A stretch of 49,585 nt of DNA from Catajapyx aquilonaris. Its lineage: Eukaryota. The stretch spans positions 1 through 49,585 of the forward strand of contig KZ539341.1 of NCBI GenBank assembly GCA_000934665.2. Reading direction: 5' to 3'. This document shows positions 23,418 to 35,278 of the stretch, in pieces. Position numbers and translations under genes: made by a program. The notes beneath the pieces are model-generated. The model saw only the letters and a list, made by a program, of their open reading frames with translations, did no database searches and was not told where the DNA came from. Every line of letters starts with the position of its first letter. The stretch's first letter is position 1.

Positions 23418-25310
23418 TTAGTCAAGATACGGTTACTGCATTAAAATAATGTCCCTACAAAAATTCCATTATATTTTTGCACAGAGTGAGCAAATTCTCT
23501 CGAGTATGTTCAGCCAGCTGCGTGCGAGATGGCCGGGATCAAATGTTCGAACTGGCCGGTCCTAACCCCACCCCACCCATCCAGTTTGCGTCCACCCTCC
23601 GTTTTCCTTCCTCCAGGCTGTGGTTCTATTGGCCAAAAGGGCCTACACGTGACTTTTGTCACCAGGGACCCTGTGCCCGCTGTCACCGATATCTGGGTCT
23701 AGCGGATGCTGGCGACAGGCACCAAATCGGTAGCTGAACAGGAACTTCATCGCTGGGGGCACAGCGTCGTGGATACATGAACTCTCCGTCGCCAGCGACG
23801 GGGCATCGAATCAGTTGCTGGGCACGGAATTGCGGATATGCGAATGCACCTTAAATGGAATGGAATGAGTTTGTGCATAATGTAGTGTTCTTACATTGCA
23901 GATCCATCTTACATTGGTCAAGAAGCAACTTCCAAAATTTGGAGGCAAAAGGTTATTTGGGAGATGTAAGGCTATAAAATTGTGCTATGTACTTGGTCAT
24001 TTTCATGTACTGATATTGTGACGAACCTCACATTTTAAACACAACCTGTAAACGCGTATTTTCTTAACAATATCTGCCCGTTTTGTCCACATTATGATGT
24101 TACAGCAACTAGCTCACATTTAGGGCTAGAGTCATGTTATTGCTCATGTAATGCAAAATGTTCTTATACCCATTAACCCAACTTCGTAGCAACAAGATTT
24201 GTAACACTTTCCAGCCTTACATGAAATATGGCATTTAATCATAAAGTATTGTGGGAAAGGCAAATTAAATGGAATAATATGTCATTATGCTTTTCCTGAA
24301 CTTTTGCTCTCTTGTTGTCAGTATGGAAATTGACTTATCTGTAAGAAAGAACATTAAGTAACAAAAAAATGCAACGTGTAACTGCAATGCAAATTATAGG
24401 TTATGGTACTGTGTACCATTGGCACAATATTATTGCAGATTCTTTCACTTACATTTCTTATGAGAGATTATCTGAAATAATATTATGCCAATAGTACTTT
24501 TAGTGTAGGTGAAAAGTCAGCACTTGCTTTGCAAACAATAAATGCAATAAGTGTGAAAGGGTATATTGTATTTTTTTGGTAATGGTATCCTAGTTGTGAT
24601 TGTTATGAATACTCTGTTTTCTCTTATGTCTCTCTTCTCCCAGCAATTCTGAGTCACTGTTGAGAGAGTCAGATAATATTGGTTATTGGGGGAGCTAAGA
24701 CAATTGAATCATGGAAATCAAAACAGCGTTATGTTGCATTTTACATATTTGCGAATCTCGACCTTATTGAACAAAACCTATAATAATGAAAATACGCTTT
24801 GTAGAGAGTTGGCAGAAACAGGAGAACCCTGAACATGGAGAGCACCCCCTAAAAACTCACTCCTCACTCACTCCTGAGAAAATATGTCACCCAATCTGGA
24901 GATATTTAGGATCTGGTGGAAGGTGTCTGTACAAAGAAAGTGTAGACTGGACCATTGCCACATTTGCATAACTAGTCAGTGTTTTTTTTAAATGGTAGAG
25001 ACTGTAAGCAGTTAATGGCTACATCATCCTGATTCCCACCATTTCCATCCCACCCTCACCACTTCAACTGCCCTCATGTCAATCAATGAGTGGACATGTC
25101 CAAGGCCTAACTCTAGTGTCTCTGCAGAGAAATTGTTGGGAGTAAAGTCTGTCTTTTCTTTACTTATTTTGTTTTACTGAAATGCAGGGTGTCCCAGTGA
25201 TTACAAGAGAAAACTGAAAATGTGACTCTCACGTCAGTATCAGTTTATTATACTTACACACAAGAAGACAAGATGCAGTTTTTTTTTTCTCGCCACAATT
25301 TTAAATTTTA

Positions 25311-26317
25311 CTAGAAAAACCCTCGCTAAGCTCGAATTTTTCTATGGCGCTGGCATAGAAAACCACTTACTTCTCTCACGTTTTCTGAGCCTGCAGTGGA
25401 CACTGCATTTTAAATCGCTTCTGACTTATAGCCAGTGATGATGCCGATTCCCCCAATCATATGCGTATTCCCCACCCCCACCCGGGCATTGACTGGGAAA
25501 TATGCATTTGCCAACCTTCAGCCTTCGAACAGCCCTGCTATCAGAACGTCCTCTAACACGACTTTCCAAGAACAAGCTGTTTATTGAATGTCAGTGGTGC
25601 CAACCGCCCAACAGTACAGGGATAGATGGATGGAACAGGAGGGGTGTGGGTCAGGGTGTAGAATGGAACATCGTGAGTGGGGTGGAGTCGGGTGCAGATG
25701 CGCGCTTGTTGTTGGGTGGGTGGGGAGAGAGAGAAGTGTTGACCCTACTGCCGAAAGAGACAGAATGGTAAGTTACAGACGTTGTTTACACCCCGTTGCG
25801 CATGTGTTGAAAGCCGGCCAATAGGAAGGTGGCAGCAACAACAATAAGCGGCAGACCAATCAGAGGGCTTATACAAACACCGCAAGCATTTTAATACAGG
25901 GTGTTACGGTAACTCTGGCAAAAATCACAAGGTCGGTAGAGGCCCCATAGGCAAGTATTTTGAGCTTAGGTCCGGAAATGCTCCCGTATGGCCACTTCCA
26001 CCTTTGTTCTGTTGCGCCTGGTGGTTAGGCAACCCATCGTACTCGAAGCTTGCGTTCATCAGATGTGTCGCGTGTGGAGGAGACGAAGGTGAAAACAATT
26101 GTGAGTGTAAGTGCAAAACAGATAAACGCCTGATGAACGCAACATTCGAGTACGATGGGTTGCCTACCCACCAGGCGCAACGTACTAAAGATGGAAACGG
26201 CCTTACCCCCGTATGGGGGCATTTCCGGACATGGTACCTAAGCTCAAAATAGTTACCTATGGGGCCTCGACCCACCCTGTGATTTTTGCCAGAGTTACCG
26301 GAACCACCCTGTATAGA
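25311..26317 (-). mobile_element. Non-autonomous Helitron with a Tc1 MITE inserted near its 5' end
   Basis: After removing the MITE, the minus strand reads A|TCTATATTAAAATGC ... CGAGCTTAGCGAGGGTTTTTCTAG|T: TC start, subterminal GC motif, CTAG end, A/T target. Confidence 0.65.
25897..26311. mobile_element. Tc1/mariner-type palindromic MITE
   Basis: TA|CAGGGTGTTACGGTAACTCTGGCAAAAATCACA ... TGTGATTTTTGCCAGAGTTACCGGAACCACCCTG|TA. Nearly the whole element is palindromic. Confidence 0.85.
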
Positions 26318-26339
26318 TTTTAATAAAGGCACCGTAGGA

Positions 26340-26510
26340 AGCCTGACATAATAAACAACCATTATTTGGTCATAGTCCACATGCTGTGTATCATGTTTGC
26401 AGCCCCACGCGAACACGGACAGAACCATCAAAACTATCCACATAAGCCTACTCTGTCCGATCCGGGGATCGAACGCCAGACCTTAGAGGTGGAAGGCTGC
26501 GGCGCTCGCC
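26340..26510 (-). mobile_element. tRNA-derived SINE fragment
   Basis: Minus strand GGGCGAGCGCCGCAGCCTTCCACCTCTAAGGTCTGGCGTTCGATCCCCGG has a B-box. Confidence 0.5.
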
Positions 26511-26699
26511 CAACAGATGACAGTATTGTTGTGGTATCGTAAAGCCATACAGCATCACCTACACAAAGGGCAACTCCATCCCTCATGTTGCTGCGTCACT
26601 CAAATATGCCCATATCAGCTATTATCAGCTATTATTATTAGCCTTAATCATAGCCTGCTAGGTCCGGATCCAAAAGTCTTATAATTATGTTCATTGACA

Positions 26700-27137
26700 T
26701 AATGTCATCCCAGCCTATGCCATGACGATCAACAACTCGCAGGGCCAGATCAGCACGTTAGCATTTCCCTGGATGAACCTGTCTTTTCCCAATCATGGCC
26801 AGCTGCATGTGGCACTGTCCCTCTCTCGCAACCCAAGTCAGGTCAAAGTGTTCACTCCTTCTACTGCTCAACAAGGAACATTGCTCTCCAACAACAGTGT
26901 GTTTACACACAATGTTGTATATCGCGAGGTTTTCTGAAAACGTTTCTCATGTCCCATTCAGGAAGTGAACAGTATGTCCATTGATTCAATGCCACTCAAT
27001 TTTTCAACCCCATCTTACCACGACCAGCTATACGCTATTTCTTAGTTGTCACTCCGCGAGCCCTCTCATTCAATTTTTTCATTACCATTGTATTCCTCAT
27101 TGCACGTTTTGCCAAATTTTGGCTACGGGTGCACTAG
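26700..27137 (+). mobile_element. Helitron 3' remnant with PIF1-like helicase C-terminus (pseudogenic)
   Basis: AYAMTINNSQGQ...HGQLHVALS...NVVYREVF* matches Rep/Hel helicase motifs V-VI. Hairpin GCC-AAATTTT-GGC then CTAG|T at 27134-27138. Confidence 0.85.
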
Positions 27138-27322
27138 TACGTAGTAACGCAGAGTATAAATCGTATTACCTTCTGGAAGGAGTAAAGGTCAACTTTTTTT
27201 CTCTATTCTTATGGCTGAATTAACTGGCTCCTTGGATCTGATGACAATTTTTTGGAGGGGCTGATGACAACTTGTAGCTCTATCAGAAGGAACACAATCA
27301 AACCTATTATGCCTCTGTCAAA

Positions 27323-27665
27323 TCTTCTTCTATATAAATAAAGCCGTTTGTGAGTCTGTCTGTCTGTCTGTCTGCCTTTCTGTCTGCCTCTCTGTCTGTC
27401 TGTCCGCCTGCCAACCGTCATTTGCCTGCCATCTGTGCTCCACCCCCAGGCCGGGAGAGGATGGAGGTGTTGGGGGTTGACTACAGATGGCAGGCAAATG
27501 AAGGTTGCCGTTATACAGGCGGGAGAGGTTGAAGGTGTTGGAGTAGCAGGACCACAGATGGCATTGGTGGCCAGACACACAGAAAGACAGACAGTTGACG
27601 GGGGTACTGGCAGGTGTTTTCCCTTCATTCATTTCTTCCCGGGCAATGCCGGGTGCCGCAGCTAC
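27323..27665 (+). mobile_element. Non-autonomous Helitron with (GTCT)n microsatellite
   Basis: 5' TC..TCTATATAAATAAA, a (TCTG)n run, internal inverted repeats, and 3' hairpin CCCGG-GCAATG-CCGGG followed by CTAC|T. Confidence 0.7.
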
Positions 27666-28968
27666 TATGCACTAAAGCTAACAGACAGAACATGTACACC
27701 ATCATATGAGTGGATCAGTTGTAAATCCACATTTCAAATAAAAGTACGAGTTAGCGATGGCAATAGATCTACTATAATATACTCCGACAACAAGTTAAGA
27801 AAGAGGGTGTGTTTTTGGTCCCTCTCCAGGAAGCTGGGGAAGGGACGCTGAGGAGAGGTGGAAGCGGGCGCTGGAGAGGGACCAAAAACATACCCAGAGA
27901 AAATAGCCATTGGAATCAACAATCAGGAGCAAATTTTCTTGCCGTAATGTGGTCCTTTGTAAAGTGGTTGCTGGAGTCAACATTCTATAATTAATTGCAA
28001 TTGCTAAATGGACTTCACCAGGAAATATTAGCAGAAAAATGCTACTTAGTTATATGGTAACTCAAAACCGCTCAAATGGGGGTAGGGTAAAGCGGGGCAA
28101 GTGCGGCATTGCTTCTAATCTAATATATGGCACAAGGTGACAGACACTATCGAAAATAATGTAAACGTTCACAACGACCTTTTCCCACTCTGCTAAAAGA
28201 GCGTGATATTCTCTCTTTCGTCACATTGATAAAAAATTGCCACCAAGTTCAAGATCGCGTTTTAACTTTTCCTGCGAGTATGTATCTTTTGCAGAATTTC
28301 TGACGAGTCGTGTATTTCATGCTGCGTAACCCCTCCGGCATGTCCAGGGGAATGTTTCTCACGGCGTGTCTCATCTGATCCTTAAGATCAGTCCATGACT
28401 GAGAACATCTTTCTTTTCACCTAATACTGTATTATAATTATTATAATAAGTATAATACAGAATTAGGGGAAACCACGCTTGTACCGAAATATCCCACCTT
28501 ATGTCAGCATGAAAGTAAGGTGAAGTTGGGAAAGTCCACTCCTGTTTTGTAACAGATCGCTTTCAATAATCTGTTGCATTCCAGCTGGTCCATGCATGTG
28601 AATAAAACTTGACACAAAGTTACTCTAGTCCATTACTGTAATTACTGTAAGAAGGGAAATTATTCGTAACAAAGTACTTCCGAGTCAGCAACAATTAAAA
28701 GTAACCATGCATTGGGTGTGTACTTCTCATGTTACAACACATTAGCTTTATTGTAAATAACTGCACCCTGTCAGGGACGAATGAGAAAATTACAACGAAT
28801 AACAATACCTATGGATCCCCACGATGGCTTCCGTTATTGAATATTGGCCGTTAGGGTCCAAATGTATGCAACATTATAATAAAATGCAAATCAGTGCATT
28901 TTGCAACACCTAACATCATTTTCATACTACTTTTCCACATACTGTGTACTTTTTGATATCAACATATC

Positions 28969-29231
28969 GGGGAGGTGTGGTGGCCAAGATGGTAACGTCT
29001 CGGCTTGCTGAGTGAAAGGTCCCAGGTTTAATCCCTGCCTGGGAGTTCCCTTTCACCTGCGTCGGGAGGGTATCTGACCTTCATCTTGGAGGTGTCTGGC
29101 AACCTAACCTCCTGGGGGACCGCATATGGCCCAATTTGAGGCATTGCACCTGCACCCGTGTCCCCTCCCCAAAAATCCCTATCCTTACCTAATGTCCTTG
29201 ATTCCCTGCACCGGAGAGAGAGAAGGAAAGA

Positions 29232-29268
<37 letters not shown>

Positions 29269-29355
29269 AAAACTGATGGTGGTGTGCCACCCCCCAAAAA
29301 GGCCCATGGAGGCCTATCACAGGGTAAAATAAATTAAAATAAAATTGAAAAAAAA
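28969..29355 (+). mobile_element. tRNA-derived SINE, family S1 copy 2
   Basis: Homologous to 4821-5207, internal (CA)n, 14-bp TSD GATATCAACATATC. Confidence 0.9.
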
Positions 29356-29399
29356 GATATCAACATATCACAATTATTGAGCAGTTTTTCACTAATGAG

Positions 29400-29509
29400 C
29401 AGGGATGGAAAAAGAACCGCTTCTTGGAAGGAAGCGGTTCTTTTTTCCAACCCTGAACATGGAAAAAAGAACCGCTTCCTTCCAAGAAGCGGTTCTTTTT
29501 CCATCCCTG
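29400..29509. mobile_element. 110-bp hAT (Ac-like CAGGGATG) MITE
   Basis: CAGGGATGGAAAAAG / CTTTTTCCATCCCTG and perfect 8-bp TSD CTAATGAG. Confidence 0.88.
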
Positions 29510-30025
29510 CTAATGAGACAAACATTGTAGCGGATATTACCAGTTGTACATATAATTAACAGGAGTTATGTAATTGACATGTGCAATTCATGTTATATTT
29601 ACATCTTCCAAAAATTAAATGTGGTTTTCATAAATAAAATTAATACATAATGAATGAACTCAAAAATAAGTTTAAATTGAGGCTTGCAAGCTGTAAACAC
29701 ACTTCTTATAATGTGAAATGGCAACTACTAACATAACTAACCAACTAGTAGTGTAAACATTATTTTATTTGTGTAGTGCACATTACCACACACATATATG
29801 TTGTGCCCTTTTCGTATAAACAATCATGAGTGTCAGTGAATCAGACAATACTATATCAACTAACAAACAACAGTATAACAGTTATAAAAATAAACAGAGA
29901 CCCAAGAGCTGCTAAGCACATTACATATGTCCACATAATGTTTGTTTACATTATTGTGTAGGCTACCAATGAAAAAATGAAATAATTTTCATAGCTGAAA
30001 TATGAGTTAATGTGATTAGCATCTC

Positions 30026-30605
30026 ATAAAAAATTACTATAACAGATTTGAGTGCACAAAGGTGCAATAAAAAATAAAAAAATTACTATAACATATTTGA
30101 GTGCACAAAGGTGCAATAAAAAATAAAAAATTACTATAACAGATTTGAGTGCACAAAGGTGCAATAAAAAATAAAAAAATACTATTAACAGATTTGAGTG
30201 CACAAAGGTGCAATAAAAAAATGAAAAATTACTATAACAGATTTGAGTGCACAAAGGTGCAATAAAAAAAATACTATAACAGATTTGAGTGCACAAAGGT
30301 GCAATAAAAAAATAAAAAAATACTATAACAGATTTGAGTGCACAAAGGTGCAATAAAAAATAAAAAATACTATAACAGATTTGAGTGCACAAAGGTGCAA
30401 TAAAAAAATAAAAAATTACTATAACAGATTTTAGTGCACAAAGGTGCAATAAAAAAATAAAAAAATACTATAACAGATTTGAGTGCACAAAGGTGCAATA
30501 AAAAATAAAAAAATACTATAACAGATTTGAGTCCACAAAGGTGCAATAAAAAAATAAAAAAATTACTATAACAGATTTTAGTGCACAAAGGTGCAATAAA
30601 AAAAA
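30026..30605. repeat. Minisatellite, 12 copies of an about 48-bp unit
   Basis: Core TACTATAACAGATTTGAGTGCACAAAGGTGCAATA separated by variable A-rich linkers. 12 cores counted. Confidence 0.95.
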
Positions 30606-30704
30606 TTTAAAAAATGAATACAAAATATTCGACTACCAACTGTCGTCCACATTCCATGGCTGGAAAATATTCGTGCCATGCTTTGTCGTTTTTTTCACAG
30701 CTGC

Positions 30705-30763
30705 TTAAGTCTTCCTGGGCCTGAGAACTCGCCCATTCTTGCCTCGCTGGATCTTCTGCACAG
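30705..30763 (-). CDS. Uncharacterised acidic/basic protein, predicted last coding exon
   Basis: Minus-strand acceptor ttgtttttacaactcttccag. Phase 1 gives (A)VQKIQRGKNGRVLRPRKT*, in frame with the phase-1 donor at 35712. Confidence 0.55.
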
Positions 30764-31915
30764 CTGGAAGAGTTGTAAAAACAATGCCCCTTCATTGTAT
30801 TAGCATCACTATTACTTGTGGTGGTGAAGAACATCAGTCTGAATGAGACCATCCACTTATAATGTTACTGCGATAAGGCCATAAGGGATAAGTTATAGCC
30901 CAAGAATATATTGGAGTGAATGGGTTGTGGTCAGGAATTAAGGCCCTTCACCATTATTACATATTAATTTTAATATTTTAATTTTAAAGTAAAAAATAAG
31001 TAATTTTTACATTGAAGCATGCAGGCTATAATTTCACCCTCTTATAATGTCACATATGGCATCTATTAACAAATCGGATCAACTTGTAGTGTACTCATAC
31101 TTGCGCACAATCAGGGCCGCCGAAGGGGCACACCAGGGCACATGCCCAGGCCCCACAAAAATTTTAATCGCCTATACAGTCTTACACCACTATACGCAGC
31201 GCCGGGCTGACATGTACGGGTCGCGGGGCCCAGAGCTGTTCCTTTGACAATAATTGAAGTTATAGGGCCCCCTCACCTTTTTAGCAGTTATAAACTCGTA
31301 ATTTATTTTTTAAGGTTAATATTGTTAATAAATGTTGAAAACACACACTTTCATTTCAGAACAATATTGTATCTCTGATTTTTTGTCACAAACCCAAGAG
31401 GTCCCTGCCTCGCAGGGCCCCCTGCCGATACTCACATTGGGCCCGGGTTACATTATAAGTAAATTATTATATTGTCTGCTGTAACTAGTACAAGTGACCT
31501 GATAAATTAATTATCGGTAATAATAGCTGGTTGCTGGAACTATAAATCCCTAATCAATTGGCAAGAGATGCAGATGTTGAAGTCAAAGATAATGGGAAGA
31601 TGTGGTGTCAGGGGGAGTTGGGTCAAGGGCAATGTAATGAGAAGAAGGGGGCCCGGGCTGCAGGGCCAGTGCTACCATTAGGTCATCTAGCAGCCATCTA
31701 GGGCACAGACCTCATATAGGTCCAATACTTAACCTTAAAGAGTCACAGTTTTACACAAATTAGTCTGGTGCCAGCCCTGTGTGTAATGCCATACTATCTT
31801 ATATAAACACATTAAGAAAATACACCCTATGCTCTTGCTGATATGAATTCATATGAAGCATGGACATGCTGCCAGTAACGTAATGCATGGAAATTGGAAA
31901 CTGCAGTCTCCAAAA

Positions 31916-34094
31916 CTACACGACCTTACCTGCATGAGGAGACTCAAACAGAAGAAAGCACCAGGGATGGACGGGCTTCCAAATTAGTTTCTGAATAATG
32001 GAGGGGAAGTGGTGGTTAAAGAAATCAAGGAGCTGTTCCTGAAAATTTGGGAAAGCGAAAGAATACCGGATGTATGGGAAAAGGCATGGTTGTGGCCCAT
32101 CCACAAAAGTGGGGAGAGAGGAATGGCGAAGAACTATAAGGGGTTAGCGCTACTGAATGGAGTGTACAGGATATGGGCGATGGTGATAGAAGTGAGGATC
32201 AGGGCTTGGGCGGAAGGAGAGGGCAAGCTACATGAGGGACAAGCAGGTTTTAGGAAGGGAAGAAGTACCATGGACAATACATTTATACTGAACTTGGTGC
32301 AGCATAGACTAAGTAAGAAGAGGGGGAAACTTTATGCACTATTCGTCGACGTCAAGGCAGCGTTCGACTCAGTGGATAGGGTTCAGCTCATGGAGAAACT
32401 GTGGAACTTGGGGATACAGGGGAAAATGTGGAGGATACTATGTCAAATGTATGAAGAGAGTGTGAAAGTGATCGAAAATGGAGAGAATAAGTTTTGGGCG
32501 ACAAAAGGTGTGAGGCAAGGATGCCCCCTAAGCCCGCTGCTGTTCATTCTGTATGTCAATGATTGGTTGGAAATGCTACAGTGGACAAATTCAGGAGGGG
32601 TAAAGCTGGGGAGGGAAAAGGTGTGGGGATTAATGTTTGCTGACGATATGGTAACGGTAGCGGAGGAAAGGGAACAACTAAGTGTAATGATCCATCAGAC
32701 AGAGGCGTACCTGAAAAAGAATAATTTAGAATTGAATGTGGGCAAATGTGCGTAAGACAAAAATAATGGTGTTCAGGAACGGGGGAAGGAGGTCATAGAA
32801 AGATGAATGGTACTGGAAAGGGGAGAAGCTAGAAGTGGTAGGCAAGTACAAAATATCTAGGGTACTGGTTTACAACGAAGGGGGGAGTAGCGAGCAGGTC
32901 AGAATTCAGAGGCAGAAGGCGTGGAGAGGACTAGAGAGAGGGTTAGGAGGATATGCAGAGAACAAAAGCTTGAACAGTGGGAACTAGTCAAGACCCTCTA
33001 TAATAGCAGTCTACTGTAGTCAGGACAGTCCTACTGCAGGGAGTGGAAATCTGGGGGTGGAAGGGGGGGGGAAGGAATTGGAGTGTGTGAGGTGGCTTGG
33101 AGTATCATGGAACACGCCAGGATACATAATCCTGACAGAAACAGGTATGACAGACAACAGAGGTGGTGCTGGGCATGGCAATGGGATGGGTCGTAAAGAT
33201 GGAAAGAACGGGTGAAGACAGGATCGATACTGCGTAGGATATGGGAAGAGATGAAAAAAGAGGGGGGGAAATGTGGCAACGTATGGTGGGAATAAGACAT
33301 ACAGGGAAGAGAAGGGGAAATGGGGGAAGAAAACCAGGAGGAATGGCAATTACAGACTTTGGGACGCTCGGAGGGAGCAGGGGATAAGAGAACTGAAGGA
33401 AAGAAGCGCTAGAGAAAGGATGGAAAGGATAAACAACACGACCAATTGTGTGGAATACAAATTTATGAAACAAAACGAGGGGGAGGAGGACTACCTGAAA
33501 TGCAGAAATATCAAGTTCCTGAAGGTATTGGCCATCTTCTTCGATGTGGATCCATATATACAGAGGGAACTGGTCATGGCTGCAGAAGGAGAACAGAAGT
33601 TGTTTATTATTGTGTGGAGAGGGAAGGAAAACAATGGAACACATAGTAAGGGATTGCAGGGAGATGGAAAAGGAAAGGACGGATTGGCTGCAGGGGATAT
33701 AAAACGCAAGCGTGGGGGCGATGTCTACCAATATGTGAATGATGTTAAAAAGGGGGGGGGGGGCACTATGTAAATACTTGCACAGTCTAGTAAAAAGACA
33801 AGGTTTTGGAGAAGACAGGGGAGGGGGTTGGATAGGCTGGACCGAGGGAAGAGGAAGAAAAAAGGGACAGTGGAAGAGGGAAGACAAGGGAGGTGTGGTG
33901 GAAGAGACAAAGTGAGGGGGCAGATATGTAGTATTGTAGTATTGTATTGTATTGTATTGTATTGTATTGTATTCTAGTGTAGTAGTGTATTATGTTATGT
34001 AATGAGGTTTCGCAAAAAAAAAATTGTAGAGGGTCGGCCAAGCGGCACGAGCCGCAGGCCGACCCTGGAATAAATAAATTCTTACTACAACAAG
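31916..34094 (+). mobile_element. 5'-truncated non-LTR retrotransposon (LINE, RTE-X/L2-like) with degenerate RT
   Basis: RT motifs KAPGMDG, QAGFRKGRST, FVDVKAAFDSV, GVRQGCPLSPLLF, MFADD, with stops and frameshifts downstream. (GTATT)n, 3' hairpin, AATAAA, and 11-bp TSD AGTCTCCAAAA (31905-31915 / 34095-34105). Confidence 0.92.
32009..32755 (+). pseudogene. Reverse transcriptase domain fragment of the LINE ORF2
   Basis: 248-aa open segment with RT motifs, flanked by in-frame stops and frameshifts. Confidence 0.88.
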
Positions 34095-34331
34095 AGTCTC
34101 CAAAAATGAAGCCATCCTCAATCAATCAATTAATTAATTAATTAAAGTATTAATGAAATGTGTATTTTAAGTCCTACTGTCTTGCACCCTTTCAACCTGA
34201 CACATGACTTTTAGTTCTTTCCCATCCACTTGCTCATCCATTACCTTCCCGAAATGTGATGGTGATGTGTATGATATTTGACTGCCTATACATACACTAT
34301 GTTAGGTAAATGGCGCTTAGCACTCCACCTG

Positions 34332-34430
34332 AACAATATAATTGAATCGGTCATTTTGAAAAGGGGTCATATCCTCTGGAAATGCGCTGGAGATGACCCC
34401 TTTTCCAAATGACTGATTCAATTATATGTT
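34332..34430. repeat. Inverted repeat (MITE-like hairpin)
   Basis: AACAATATAATTGAATCGGTCATTTTGAAAAGGGGTCAT / ATGACCCCTTTTCCAAATGACTGATTCAATTATATGTT. Confidence 0.7.
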
Positions 34431-34440
34431 ACCTCTATAA

Positions 34441-34981
34441 CAGGGTGATCCAACTCTATGGCACCAACAGTTATTGGAAAAATCGCGCAAGCTGTTTGTT
34501 TATAAGCAGGTCGTTGCTAAGAGATACTTTCTAGAGTATCGGGAATAACACCTGCTGATATTAGGTCCAATGCCCATGTAACAATTAAAAGGGTCATCCG
34601 TGGGAAACAGGCCCGTTTTGGTGTTTGCTGGAGGGTTTCACATGAGGTCACTAGCTGCCAAACCAGAGGGCTAATCCGTCGAACTGGACAGACCCGGTTG
34701 TGTCAATAAATAGGCCTTCTGGTCTGTTCATTGTTGGCCGCAGTTGGCGCAACTGAGATAGGTCAACAGACAGCATTGTTTAGTTACCAGTCAATAAACA
34801 GTCAGACCTAATATCAGCAGGTGCTATTCCCAAAGAGTTCTGCTATTATATAATATAATATAATATAATATAATATAATAATATACTCTAGAAAGTATCT
34901 CTTAGCAACGACCCGCTTATAAACAAGCATCTTGCGCGATTTTTCCAATAACTGTTGGTGTCATAGAGTTGGATCACCCTG
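34441..34981. mobile_element. Tc1/mariner-type MITE with long TIRs
   Basis: CAGGGTGATCCAACTCTATG...CTAGAGTAT arm (about 100 bp) inverted at 34883-34981, with internal (ATAAT)n. Confidence 0.85.
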
Positions 34982-35001
34982 TATAGGTGTATACTGTAGG
35001 C

Positions 35002-35278
35002 CAGTGTTTCTCAAACTTTTTCGTTGTCGACACCAGAAAATCGTCTCGTAAAATTCGAGACAATTGCTTCTGATTTAATCCCCCCCCCCCCTCCCCTGTT
35101 GTAGTCAATAACAATAATACTGTAAATTAACACATCTTCTCGTTTACAGGCATATTTTTCCAGAGAGAGAGAGAGAGAGAATCATCTCGTAAAAATACTT
35201 TATTACCCTCCCTCGCGACCCCAAATATTATTTTTGTTACCCCATTCGGAGTCACGAACCACAGTTTGGGAAGCACTG
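35002..35278. mobile_element. hAT (Charlie-like) MITE
   Basis: CAGTGTTTCTCAAACT / AGTTTGGGAAGCACTG and diverged 8-bp TSD CTGTAGGC / CCGCAGGC. Confidence 0.75.

Larger units (their letters stand above)
20497..23851. mobile_element. 3.36-kb PIF/Harbinger-type element with nested insertions and cargo, just after the TMEM53-like stop
   Basis: TAA|AGGTGCATTCACATATCCGCAA ... TTGCGGATATGCGAATGCACCT|TAA. No recognisable DDE transposase inside. Confidence 0.7.

Noticed and set aside
30026..30605. CRISPR-like array
   Set aside because: The linkers are homologous A-rich runs rather than unique spacers, there are no cas genes, and the context is eukaryotic. The minus-strand ORFs here are repeat artefacts.
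33105..33887. 260-aa minus-strand ORF
   Set aside because: It is the antisense of purine-rich decayed LINE sequence, low complexity, with no recognisable domain.
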